From contig NZNT01000026.1 in NCBI GenBank assembly GCA_002695005.1, positions 381,588-421,587 of the forward strand: DNA of 40,000 nucleotides, read 5' to 3'. The notes beneath the pieces were generated by a model. The model was not told the origin of the DNA. It searched no databases and worked only from the letters and a program-made list of their open reading frames with translations. A program made the translations under genes and the position numbers. Below are positions 1-7,960 of the stretch, one piece after another. Numbering within the stretch: the first letter of the stretch is position 1; every line of letters starts with the position of its first letter. This DNA is from Maritimibacter sp. (GTDB lineage: Bacteria > Pseudomonadota > Alphaproteobacteria > Rhodobacterales > Rhodobacteraceae).

Positions 1-264
1 GCGGAAAGTCTGTTCGAAGCCATGCGCCTCGAGGCCGTCGCCCGCCGACATCGCCGGGCCGATGATGCCGGCGTTGTTGATGAGCACGTCCACCGGCCCT
101 TCGATGGCACCGAAGGCCGCCGGGATCGTGTCGAGCGCCGCGAGGTCGCAGGCCACGTCGCCCGACGTGCGCCCGTGGCGGATCACGCTATGCCCGCGCG
201 CCTCCGCCTCGGCAGCCAGCGCCGCGCCGATGCCCCGGTTCGCCCCGGTAGTCAGGATGTTCAT
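1..264 (-). CDS. Short-chain dehydrogenase/reductase (SDR), N-terminal part only; the 3' end runs off the window
   Basis: Reverse-complement translation from the ATG at 264-262 reads MNILTTGANRGIGAALAAEAEARGH...VLINNAGI. This gives the TGxxxGIG Rossmann motif and NNAG. It is absent from the ORF track because it is open at the window edge. Its start overlaps the upstream phnE stop (TGATG). Confidence 0.8.
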   Translation of the reverse strand, partial: MNILTTGANRGIGAALAAEAEARGHSVIRHGRTSGDVACDLAALDTIPAAFGAIEGPVDVLINNAGIIGPAMSAGDGLEAHGFEQTFR

Positions 265-1583
265 CATTCCCCCTTGATCAACTTCCGGCGCAACCAGCCG
301 GAGAGCGAGTCCATGGCCATGACCATAAGAACCACGAGGATGATGTAATAGGTGACTTCTTCCCAGTCCTTCTGCGTGATCATCGCCTGCGTGAGCAGGA
401 GCCCGATCCCGCCCCCTGTGATCGCGCCGATGATCGTCGCGCTGCGGGTGTTGGATTCGAAGAAATAGAGGACCTGGCTCAGAAGCACGGGCGTGATCTG
501 CGGGATGACCCCGAAGCGGTAGCGGTGGGCGGTGGCCGCACCTGTAGAGGCGACGCCTTCGATCTGCTTGCCATCCACGTTCTCAAGCGCCTCGGAAAAC
601 ATCTTGCCGAACGAGCCCGTGTCGGTGAGCAGGATCGCCAGCGCGCCGGTCATCGGACCGGGGCCGAAAGCGCGGGCGAGGATGATGGTCCAGATCAGCC
701 CGTCGATGCCGCGAAACAGGTCGAACATGCGGCGCAAGGCAAAGCGCAGCGGTCCGAGCGGGGTGAAGTTCTTTGCCGCGAGAAATGCGAGCGGGAGCGA
801 GATGACGGCCGCGCCGAAGGTGCCGAGGAAGGCCATGAGGATGGTCTCGAACAGCGCCCAGGCGACATGACTGTGGCTCCACATCGTATTGTGCCAGAAA
901 TCGTGCCACGCCCCGGCGAAGTTCGAGCGTTCGGGGTCGATGCGCGGGCCGAATACGATCTCGCCCACCCCGTGATCCTTGTAGGGGCTTTCGAAGGTGA
1001 ACCAGAACAGCTCCCACCCCGGGAAGTAGTTGAACACCTCGGTCCGGTTGCGGGTGAAGGACACGCGCCCCTCATCCGTGGTGATCGCCAAACGGGTACG
1101 CGACAGGCTGATCCAGTCCGGCACCGGCTCTTCGAGGTTCGTGACGACGTCGCGCCCCTCCATTCCGGCCTCGATGGTGCCGAAGTCGGGAAGCTCCACC
1201 GACAGGCGCGTGTCGGGCAGGAAGGTGACGATCTGGCCGCCGCCGAGGTCGATGACGGTCGTCTCGCCCTGCATGTCGACCCAGTCGGGGGTGACGCCCG
1301 GGGGGTATTCGCCCTTGCGCTCACCCTCGATCGAAACCTCGGTCGTGCCGTCGCGGTTGTCGCGGGTCACATGGGTCTTGTAGCTCACCATGTCCGAGGT
1401 GAGCGTGCGCGCGTTGTCCATCCGGGCGCGGTCGGCGAGGCCCGGAATGTCGAAGGCGAAGAAGACATAGGCGAGGTAGGCGGCGACCACGACCGGGAGG
1501 CCGATGGCCAGCGCCTTTTTCCGGGCGAAGCGGGTGTCGATCCGGGCGCGCAGGTCGCCCGCGGAGATCACGTCAGTCGGCAT
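264..1583 (-). CDS. phnE: Phosphonate/phosphate ABC transporter permease, long PhnE/PhoT-like form (439 aa)
   Basis: The C-terminal ~200 aa is a typical PhnE core (…LIWTIILARAFGPGPMTGALAILLTDTGSFGKMFSEALENVD…SNTRSATIIGAITGGGIGLLL…). The N-terminal ~230 aa is one TM helix plus a soluble insert. There is a 1-nt start/stop overlap with the upstream phnE. Confidence 0.85.
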   Translation of the reverse strand: MPTDVISAGDLRARIDTRFARKKALAIGLPVVVAAYLAYVFFAFDIPGLADRARMDNARTLTSDMVSYKTHVTRDNRDGTTEVSIEGERKGEYPPGVTPDWVDMQGETTVIDLGGGQIVTFLPDTRLSVELPDFGTIEAGMEGRDVVTNLEEPVPDWISLSRTRLAITTDEGRVSFTRNRTEVFNYFPGWELFWFTFESPYKDHGVGEIVFGPRIDPERSNFAGAWHDFWHNTMWSHSHVAWALFETILMAFLGTFGAAVISLPLAFLAAKNFTPLGPLRFALRRMFDLFRGIDGLIWTIILARAFGPGPMTGALAILLTDTGSFGKMFSEALENVDGKQIEGVASTGAATAHRYRFGVIPQITPVLLSQVLYFFESNTRSATIIGAITGGGIGLLLTQAMITQKDWEEVTYYIILVVLMVMAMDSLSGWLRRKLIKGE

Positions 1584-2434
1584 CAGTGCGCCCCCTCTCC
1601 GGTCAGGCGGTTGCGGATATGGCTGGATATCTGGTCGAAGAAGACGATGGTGAGGAACAGCAGGATGAAGATGGCGGCTGCCTCGTCATACTTGCCCTGC
1701 CCCCAACTCATCGCGTTCTTGAGTTCGTAGCCGAGGCCCCCCGCCCCCACGAAGCCAAGGATAGCGGAGGCACGGATGTTGATCTCGAACCGGAGCAGCG
1801 CGTAGCTGAAGTAATTCGGCGAGACTTGCGGGATGATGCCCAGCCACATGCGCTGGCCCCAGCGGGCGCCGACCGAGGCGAGGCCCTCGACGGGCTTCAG
1901 GTCGGCGTTCTCGTTCACCTCGGAAAAGAGCTTGCCGAGTGCGCCAGAGGTGTGAAAGGCGATGGCGATCATCGCGGGCACCGGCCCGCCGCCCAGCACG
2001 AAGATCAAGACCAGCGCGACCACGATTTCCGGCACCGCGCGCATGATGTCCATGACCCGGCGGAACAGCCCCGTAAGGCGTGGCCAGCGTGCGATGCCCC
2101 GGGTGGACAGGAGCGAGAGCAGCGTGCCGAAAATCGTCCCGACGAGCGTGGCGACCGCAGCGATGTTGAGCGTTTCCACCAGCGACGGGAAGTAGGTCAC
2201 GAGATGGCCGGGAAGCTGGTCGAGCTTCGGGGCCGTATCCTCCCACACCGCGGCGGGGAAATCGAAGACGTTGAGGATGCCGTCCCAGAACCCGCCGGCA
2301 TTTCGGCTGTCGGCCAGCGTGAAACCGGAGATCATCAGGAGCGCGAAAATCGCGAGCATGATGCCGCCGTAGAGCCGTTTGCGGGCGACGAGCGCGACAT
2401 AGTTCGCGCGAAAGTCGGTCTCGACGAAGGACAT
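1583..2434 (-). CDS. phnE: Phosphonate/phosphate ABC transporter permease PhnE (283 aa)
   Basis: The translation has PhnE-type motifs (…MRAVPEIVVALVLIFVLGGGPVPAMIAIAFHTSGALGKLFSEVNENAD…INIRASAILGFVGAGGLGYEL…). It lies in a phnC-D-E-E context. Confidence 0.88.
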   Translation of the reverse strand: MSFVETDFRANYVALVARKRLYGGIMLAIFALLMISGFTLADSRNAGGFWDGILNVFDFPAAVWEDTAPKLDQLPGHLVTYFPSLVETLNIAAVATLVGTIFGTLLSLLSTRGIARWPRLTGLFRRVMDIMRAVPEIVVALVLIFVLGGGPVPAMIAIAFHTSGALGKLFSEVNENADLKPVEGLASVGARWGQRMWLGIIPQVSPNYFSYALLRFEINIRASAILGFVGAGGLGYELKNAMSWGQGKYDEAAAIFILLFLTIVFFDQISSHIRNRLTGEGAH

Positions 2435-2447
2435 GGCAGATTCCTTG

Positions 2448-2474
2448 AAAAAAGGCCCCGCCGGAAACCGGCGG
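2448..2474 (-). terminator. Intrinsic-terminator-like hairpin plus T-run between phnD and phnE (possible attenuator)
   Basis: The minus strand reads CCGCCGG-TTT-CCGGCGG (7-bp GC stem, 2458-2464 and 2468-2474) followed by TTTTTT (2448-2453). Confidence 0.5.
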
Positions 2475-2497
2475 AGCCCGATGGTGCTTAAATCCTG

Positions 2498-3403
2498 TTA
2501 CTCGGACTTCGCCTTTCGGGCCTCGATGATCGAGAGGTAGGCGTCGTGCGTGATCGGGTCGAAGCCGAGGCTCTCACCCGCCGAGATGTTGTAGGTGCAG
2601 TCCGGATCGGCGTCGTACATGCCGTCGACCAGCTCGGTCATCGTGGCTTTCACCTCGGCCGGGAGCGCGGTGCGCAGCACGACCGGACCCTCGGGGATCG
2701 GCTTGGAGCGCCAGATTTCGACGAGGTCGTTCATGTCGACGAGGCCGGCGTCCACCGCCTTGCGCAGCGCGCCGGAGTTGTAGCCGTCTTCCCACGCGCC
2801 CTGGCCATCGGCCCAGGTCACGCCGCCGTCGATGTCGCCGTTATTGACCGCGACGATGGTCTGCTCGTGACCGCCGGTGAAGCGCACGTCGGCGAAGTAT
2901 TCGCCCGGCTCCATGGTGATCGCGTCGCCAGCCTGCGGGATCTCGATGGAGGGGATCAGGTAGCCGGAGGTGGAGTTCGGGTCACCGAAACCGAAGACCT
3001 TACCTTGCATGTCCTCGAGCGAGGTGATGCCCGCGTCGCGGCGAGCGAAGCCGATGGAGTGGTAGCCGTAGGAACCGTCGAGGTTGATCTTCACCAGCGC
3101 CGGCTCGACCGCGTCCGGGTCCTGCAGGTAGGTGGCAGCATAGCCGGACGCGCCGAGCCAGGCCATGTCGATAGTGCCGCCCAGAAGTCCCTGAATGACG
3201 CCGGCGTAGTCGGCCGGGGCGAAGAGCTTGACCGGAACGCCCAGCGCCTCTTCGGCATACTCTTTCAGGCATTCATGGTTGGCCAGACGGTCCTGGGCGT
3301 TCTCGCCGCCGAGGATGCCGATGTTGAAGCCGTCGATCTCCTGACCGAAAGCGGTACCCGTGAGGGCGGTGGTGGTGAGCGCAGCAGCGATCAGTTTCTT
3401 CAT
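2498..3403 (-). CDS. phnD: Phosphonate/phosphate ABC transporter periplasmic substrate-binding protein PhnD
   Basis: It has an N-terminal signal peptide (MKKLIAAALTTTALTGTAFGQ) and PhnD-like body motifs (…DMAWLGASGY…FGDPNSTSGYLIP…). It sits between phnC and phnE. Confidence 0.88.
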   Translation of the reverse strand: MKKLIAAALTTTALTGTAFGQEIDGFNIGILGGENAQDRLANHECLKEYAEEALGVPVKLFAPADYAGVIQGLLGGTIDMAWLGASGYAATYLQDPDAVEPALVKINLDGSYGYHSIGFARRDAGITSLEDMQGKVFGFGDPNSTSGYLIPSIEIPQAGDAITMEPGEYFADVRFTGGHEQTIVAVNNGDIDGGVTWADGQGAWEDGYNSGALRKAVDAGLVDMNDLVEIWRSKPIPEGPVVLRTALPAEVKATMTELVDGMYDADPDCTYNISAGESLGFDPITHDAYLSIIEARKAKSE

Positions 3404-3468
3404 CTTACTCTCCAGTGGTTGTGCCCGCTGACGTTCGGCAGATGCGGACGGGTGATGAAACGGGGCGA

Positions 3469-4293
3469 TCAGACCTGCACCTTGGCGATGAGGCGCTCGG
3501 CCTCCTCGACAGGTTCGTGGTCGTTGATCGCGGTCGAGGTGGCGCCTTCGGAGAAATCGGCCCCGGCGCCGTAGATGTCGCGCGCGACCCCGGTGGTGAG
3601 CTGCGCGGGCGTGCCGTCAAAGACGATCCGTCCGTCGCGCATCCCGATAATCCGGTCGCAGTAGCGGCGCGCGGTGTCGAGCGTGTGAAGGTTCGCGATG
3701 ACCATGCGCCCGTCTTCCTCGTGGATGCGCCGAAGCGCCTCCATCACGGTCTGGGCGTTCATCGGGTCGAGCGAGGCGATGGGTTCGTCGGCGAGGATGA
3801 TCTTGGGGTCCTGCATGAGCGCGCGGGCGATGGCCACGCGTTGCTGCTGGCCGCCCGAGAGCGCCTCGGCGCGTTTGGCCGCGTGTTCGGCGACGCCCAG
3901 ACGTTCGAGGATGTCGATGGCGCGGTGGATGTCGTCGCGCGGGAAGAGGTTGAACATCGTGGCGAGGGTCGAGCGGCGGCCCAGCGTGCCGTGAAGCACG
4001 TTCGACACCACGTCCATGCGCGGCACGAGGTTGAACTGCTGAAAGATCATGGCGCAGTCGGCCTGCCACTCCCGCCGCGCGCGGCCGGTGAGCGTGAGCA
4101 CGTCGCGGCCTTCGAAACTCAGCTCCCCCGAACTCGCATCGGTCAGCCGGTTCATCATCCGAAGGAAGGTGGACTTGCCTGCACCGGACCGACCGATGAT
4201 CCCGATCATCTTCGGTTCGTCCACGGTGAAGCTGGCGTTGTCGACGGCCGTATTGGTTCCGAACCGCTTGGTCAGCGCTTTGACGACGAGCAT
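3469..4293 (-). CDS. phnC: Phosphonate/phosphate ABC transporter ATP-binding protein PhnC
   Basis: Walker [13 protein letters not shown] signature [15 protein letters not shown] and Walker B ILADEP are present. I chose the internal ATG at 4293 ([12 protein letters not shown]…), which is preceded by GGGGGAUAC. The ORF-track start at 4365 adds an implausible 24-aa leader. Confidence 0.88.
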   Translation of the reverse strand: MLVVKALTKRFGTNTAVDNASFTVDEPKMIGIIGRSGAGKSTFLRMMNRLTDASSGELSFEGRDVLTLTGRARREWQADCAMIFQQFNLVPRMDVVSNVLHGTLGRRSTLATMFNLFPRDDIHRAIDILERLGVAEHAAKRAEALSGGQQQRVAIARALMQDPKIILADEPIASLDPMNAQTVMEALRRIHEEDGRMVIANLHTLDTARRYCDRIIGMRDGRIVFDGTPAQLTTGVARDIYGAGADFSEGATSTAINDHEPVEEAERLIAKVQV

Positions 4294-4345
4294 GTATCCC
4301 CCGATCTGTTCTGCCGGGGGTCTAGGAGCGTCAGAACACGCTCGC

Positions 4346-4374
4346 GTGACAGTTTTGAAAAACATTTGTGACGA
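4346..4374 (-). promoter_or_regulatory. Candidate Pho box (PhoB site) upstream of phnC
   Basis: The minus strand reads TCGTCAC-AAAT-GTTTTTC-AAAA-CTGTCAC, three 7-bp elements in exact 11-bp phase. The outer two match the CTGTCA(C/T) Pho-box core. The site ends 53 nt upstream of the phnC ATG. Confidence 0.5.
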
Positions 4375-4494
4375 CCGCCCGCCGCGAAGGTCTGTGGGGC
4401 GGACGGATCGGACGATTGCGACCGTAACGCGTGCGGGCTACCGTGGCCTGCGCGGGCGTGCGAACCCGTTCGACACAAACACCGGGACAGTCAC

Positions 4495-5151
4495 ATGATG
4501 GAATCGCTCACCGCCGCCGACGGCCACCAATTCGAATGCTGGATGCATCCGGCGCAGGGCACGGCCCGGGGCGGGATCGTGATCTTGCAGGAAATCTTCG
4601 GTGTCACGGACCAGCTCAAGGGCGTCGCGGAGATGTATGCCGCCGAAGGGTATGACGTCGCGATTCCCGCGCTGTTCGACCGTCAGGCCCCGGGTCAGGT
4701 CATTTCGTTCGACGACGCCCCGAAGGGACGCGATCTGATGCTTTCCGCCGATCCGGGGGAGACGATGATGGACACGGATGCCGCCGTTCAGGCGCTGAAG
4801 GCCAAGGGCCACAAGGTGGGCGTCATGGGATTCTGCTGGGGTGGTGGCCTTGCACTGCGGGCCGCGCAGACGCTCGACGTGGATGCTGCGGTGTCCTTTT
4901 ACGGCACCCGGCTCACGCAATACCTCGACGCGCCGCTCCGCGCGCCGATGCAGGGGCATTTCGGCACGCACGACGACCACACACCCCGGGAGGTTCTGGA
5001 CGAGACCAAGGCCTACCTCCCCGCGTTCGAGATGCACCTATACGAGGCCGGCCACGCCTTCGCCAATGATCTGCGCCCGAGCTATGTGGCGGAGGCGGCT
5101 GACACGGCGCACGCGCGGACCAAGGCATTTTTCGCCACGCATCTGGGCTGA
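4495..5151 (+). CDS. Dienelactone hydrolase family protein (carboxymethylenebutenolidase-like)
   Basis: The pattern is typical of the DLH family: GGIVILQEIFGV…, nucleophile region GVMGFCWGGG and C-terminal HFGTHDDHTP…GHAF. Confidence 0.8.
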   Translation: MMESLTAADGHQFECWMHPAQGTARGGIVILQEIFGVTDQLKGVAEMYAAEGYDVAIPALFDRQAPGQVISFDDAPKGRDLMLSADPGETMMDTDAAVQALKAKGHKVGVMGFCWGGGLALRAAQTLDVDAAVSFYGTRLTQYLDAPLRAPMQGHFGTHDDHTPREVLDETKAYLPAFEMHLYEAGHAFANDLRPSYVAEAADTAHARTKAFFATHLG

Positions 5152-5175
5152 ACGACAACACGGGCGGCTGACGCA

Positions 5176-5916
5176 TTGGACCCTTCGGACATCATCCTGA
5201 TCGTCCTCGCATTCGCGGCGGGCGGACTTCTCAAGGGCGCGGTGGGCGCCGGTGCGCCGCTGCTCGCCGTGCCGCTCATGGCGCTTGTGGGAGACCTTCA
5301 ATTCGCGGTCGCGGTCTTCGTCCTGCCCAATATCGTGCCCAACGTCTGGCAATACTGGCTGTACCGAAGCCGCATCTCACGCCCGCGTTTCACGACGATC
5401 TTCGCGGTCGCGGGCGGCGTGGGGGCCGGGCTGGGCACGATCGCGCTGGCGGGGTGGAACCCTGACGTTCTGCTTCTTGGCGTCGGGCTCGTGCTGGTGG
5501 CCTACATCCTGTTTCGCCTGTTCAATCCGACGTGGGTTCTCTCCAACAGCATGAGCCGCATCCTCGCCCTGCCCGCAGGGTTGCTGGCCGGCGCACTTCA
5601 GGGCGCGACGGGATTGTCGGCCCCGGTGTCGATCACCTTCCTCGGGTCGCTCAAGCTGCCGCGGAAGGAGTTCATGGCGACGATCTCGCTCTTCTTCCTC
5701 GCGCTCGGGATCGTGCAACTGCCCGCACAGTTCGCCTACGGCATCATGACCGGCGAACGCCTGCTCCTGAGCGCGCTGTCGCTCGTCCCGCTGCTCCTCG
5801 CCATGCCGGTGGGCAACTGGATTGGCCAGCGCCTGCCCCGCGAGACGTTCGAACGCATTATCCTCGGGATTCTCGGCGTGCTGGCGATCCGGCTGATCTA
5901 CGCGGCGCTCGCCTGA
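5176..5916 (+). CDS. TauE/SafE (TSUP, DUF81) family anion-exporter-like membrane protein
   Basis: The protein is polytopic and hydrophobic, with a duplicated GxxxG-rich TSUP pattern (…AFAAGGLLKGAVGAGAPLLAVPLM…, …PAGLLAGALQGATGLSAPV…). The only in-frame start after the upstream stop is TTG at 5176. Confidence 0.75.
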   Translation: MDPSDIILIVLAFAAGGLLKGAVGAGAPLLAVPLMALVGDLQFAVAVFVLPNIVPNVWQYWLYRSRISRPRFTTIFAVAGGVGAGLGTIALAGWNPDVLLLGVGLVLVAYILFRLFNPTWVLSNSMSRILALPAGLLAGALQGATGLSAPVSITFLGSLKLPRKEFMATISLFFLALGIVQLPAQFAYGIMTGERLLLSALSLVPLLLAMPVGNWIGQRLPRETFERIILGILGVLAIRLIYAALA

Positions 5917-6036
5917 CCGCCGCAGGCGCGCGTCACATCCCGAAAGCGCACCAGACCCGGGCACCGCCGGGTCCAGACGCCCATACCTTGTGCAGAATTG
6001 GGTTTTCCCTGCAAATTCGTTCGCTTATGAATATAA

Positions 6037-6050
6037 GTGTTCAAATATGT
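6037..6050. promoter_or_regulatory. GTGTTCAAATATGT motif upstream of the IclR gene (candidate operator)
   Basis: It lies in an AT-rich patch 16 nt upstream of the IclR ATG. It shares the core GTTCAAATA(T) with several copies in the 20512-20682 divergent promoter region. Confidence 0.35.
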
Positions 6051-6065
6051 GCAGGTTGCGTAGCC

Positions 6066-6887
6066 ATGTCAGACACTCAGACCTCAGACGAAAAGGTGAG
6101 CCCGGCCTATTCCGTGCCCCCGGTAGAACGCGCCTTTCGACTGTTGCGCCATATCGCGGCGGGCAACCGATGCCGGAACCTGAACAAGACCGCGAAAGAG
6201 ATCGGCATCAACCGCACCACGTTGATCCGACTTTTGGCCACACTGGAGGCCGAGCGCATGATCGACGCCGTGTCGGACGGGGGCGGCTACCGGCTTGGCA
6301 CGGGTCTCATCACGCTCGCCTCGCAGGCGCTGAACGAACGGGGGTTGGTGCCGACGGCGCGCCCGGTGCTGCGCCAGCTGGTGGATGATCTGAACCTGTC
6401 GGCCCACCTTGGCGTGCGCGACGGGCGCGATATCGTCTACCTCGCGCGCGAAACGCCGAACTCCCACCTTGCCAGCATGGTGCGCGAAGGCACCCGCCTG
6501 CCTGCCCATGCGACGACCATCGGACGTATCCTGCTCGCTTCCATCAGCACGCGGGAGTTGAAGGAAATCTATGCGGGCCAGTCGCTCAAGGCGTTCTCGG
6601 ACAAGACCCGCACGACATTGGACGACCTGCTGAGGCAGCTGGAAAGCGACAGGGCGCAGGGCATTTCGTGGAGCGTGGCGAATTTCGAGCCCGACATCGG
6701 CTCGGCCGCGGTCGCGATCTACGATCATCAGGGGCAAGCCGTCGCTGCGATCAACGTGACCGGCCATGCTAGCACCTTCGCATCGGATGGCCCGATGGTC
6801 GAAGAGATCGAGGAAAAGCTCAAGGGTGCTGCGCGTGAGATTTCCGAGGCGCTCGGCTATCGCGGCTGGGGTGCGGATCAGATGTGA
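6066..6887 (+). CDS. IclR family transcriptional regulator
   Basis: From ATG 6066 the translation reads MSDTQTSDEKVSPAYSVPPVERAFRLLRHIA…. An N-terminal wHTH is followed by an IclR effector domain (…AHLGVRDGRDIVYLARE…LPAHATTIGRILLA…). The upstream part of the 451-aa track ORF overlaps the TSUP gene and is not coding. Confidence 0.85.
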   Translation: MSDTQTSDEKVSPAYSVPPVERAFRLLRHIAAGNRCRNLNKTAKEIGINRTTLIRLLATLEAERMIDAVSDGGGYRLGTGLITLASQALNERGLVPTARPVLRQLVDDLNLSAHLGVRDGRDIVYLARETPNSHLASMVREGTRLPAHATTIGRILLASISTRELKEIYAGQSLKAFSDKTRTTLDDLLRQLESDRAQGISWSVANFEPDIGSAAVAIYDHQGQAVAAINVTGHASTFASDGPMVEEIEEKLKGAAREISEALGYRGWGADQM

Positions 6888-6893
6888 CCGCGC

Positions 6894-7496
6894 TCAGGTC
6901 CAGACATAGCCATAGGCGAGGTCGAAGTCCTCCGCACGAATGGCGCGGTTGCCGATCTGCCCGCCGCGCAGCCAGAGCCGACCATGGACTTGCGTCCCGT
7001 CAAAGCGCGTCTCGGGCGGCAAGGCCACATGGTCGAGCCAGAGGCCGCCCATGCACTCCCCCTCCGACAGCAGCGCCGCGCCTTCGACGCGCGCGCCCTC
7101 GAACGAGAGGTTGCCGTTGCAGGTGACACCCGGCATCGTGACGCCTTGTGCGAACCGGGCACGGTCGAAGCGGGCGATGCCGCGGAAATCCGTGGCCGAA
7201 AAGTCGGCCTGACCGTCGAACTGCGCCTCCTCGAACCGGGCGTCCGAACCGAAGGTCGCGCCGGAGAAACGGGCGTCGCCCGCAAACCGTGCGCCCGTGA
7301 ACCAGCTCAGGCCAATGAACTGCGCACCGGAGGCGTCCACACCGTCCGGGAAATGCGCCCCCGAGAAATCGACGCCGGACAGGACAAAGCCGGACAGATC
7401 GAGCGGCCCGTCGCAGGTGATCCCCGCAAAGGACGTATGCGCCCCGTGCCGATACGGACGGGAGAGCGCCGCGCGAATCTCGTCCGGCGCGGTCAT
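6894..7496 (-). CDS. Pentapeptide-repeat protein (200 aa); last gene of the large operon
   Basis: There are consecutive 5-residue repeats with a central F/L (…ARFAG DARFS GATFG SDARF EEAQF DGQAD FSATD FRGIA RFDRA RFAQG…). Its ATG overlaps the flavodoxin stop (ATGA at 7493-7496). Confidence 0.85.
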   Translation of the reverse strand: MTAPDEIRAALSRPYRHGAHTSFAGITCDGPLDLSGFVLSGVDFSGAHFPDGVDASGAQFIGLSWFTGARFAGDARFSGATFGSDARFEEAQFDGQADFSATDFRGIARFDRARFAQGVTMPGVTCNGNLSFEGARVEGAALLSEGECMGGLWLDHVALPPETRFDGTQVHGRLWLRGGQIGNRAIRAEDFDLAYGYVWT

Positions 7497-7960
7497 GCGG
7501 CGGCGCCAAGCCGCTCTTCGGCCTGCGAGATGATCTCTTCGGCCCAGGGAAATGCGAGGTCTTCGGCCATCTCCGGGCCGGAGGCGTCATGCGCCACGCG
7601 TTCGCCGATCTGCGTCGCGCCGTGGGCCAGCATCAACTCGGCGAGCCGCTTGGGGCCGTGATTGAACGTTTCGTCGTATTCGCTGTCGCCCATCCCGAAG
7701 ATCGCGAAATGAATGGCCGAAAGATCGGGCTTGGCCGCCTCCATCGCCTCGGCAAAGGGCTGGGCCGACGCAGGCAGTTCGCCGTCGCCATAGGTCGAGC
7801 AAACCAGCAGGTAGAGATGTTCGGGCACGAGCGACATCGGGTCCACGTCCGACAGGTTCTGGCAGGAGACGTCGTGATCGCCCTCAAGCTCGGACTGGAT
7901 ATCCTCGGCGAGCATCTCGGCATTGCCGGTTTCGGTCCCGTAAAGAATGCTGATGTTCAT
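7493..7960 (-). CDS. Flavodoxin (155 aa)
   Basis: From the ATG at 7960 the translation reads MNISILYGTETGNAEMLAEDI…LLVCSTYGDGELP…FAIFGMGDSEY. This includes the flavodoxin FMN-binding signature (T/S)xTGN. The 37-aa Arg-rich extension in the track ORF was rejected. There is an ATGA overlap with the upstream reductase. Confidence 0.85.
   Translation of the reverse strand: MNISILYGTETGNAEMLAEDIQSELEGDHDVSCQNLSDVDPMSLVPEHLYLLVCSTYGDGELPASAQPFAEAMEAAKPDLSAIHFAIFGMGDSEYDETFNHGPKRLAELMLAHGATQIGERVAHDASGPEMAEDLAFPWAEEIISQAEERLGAAA

Noticed and set aside
525-1730. 401-aa plus-strand ORF (plus several 100-200-aa ORFs) antisense to the phnE genes
   Set aside because: The composition is Arg/Gly/Ala/Asp-rich and low in complexity, with no recognisable motifs. 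It fully overlaps well-supported PhnE genes on the other strand. Long antisense ORFs of this kind are expected in GC-rich DNA.
5532-6065. N-terminal 178 codons of the 451-aa ORF that ends as the IclR regulator
   Set aside because: This part overlaps the TSUP gene in another frame and reads as Arg/Pro/Ala-rich junk. The IclR wHTH begins right after the ATG at 6066, which follows an AT-rich promoter-like region.
6894-7496. Interpreting the pentapeptide-repeat protein as a Qnr/MfpA-type quinolone-resistance determinant
   Set aside because: Only the generic repeat fold is visible. I could not verify any Qnr-specific loops or size match. The catabolic-operon context argues against a gyrase-protection role. 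It is reported as a pentapeptide-repeat protein only.
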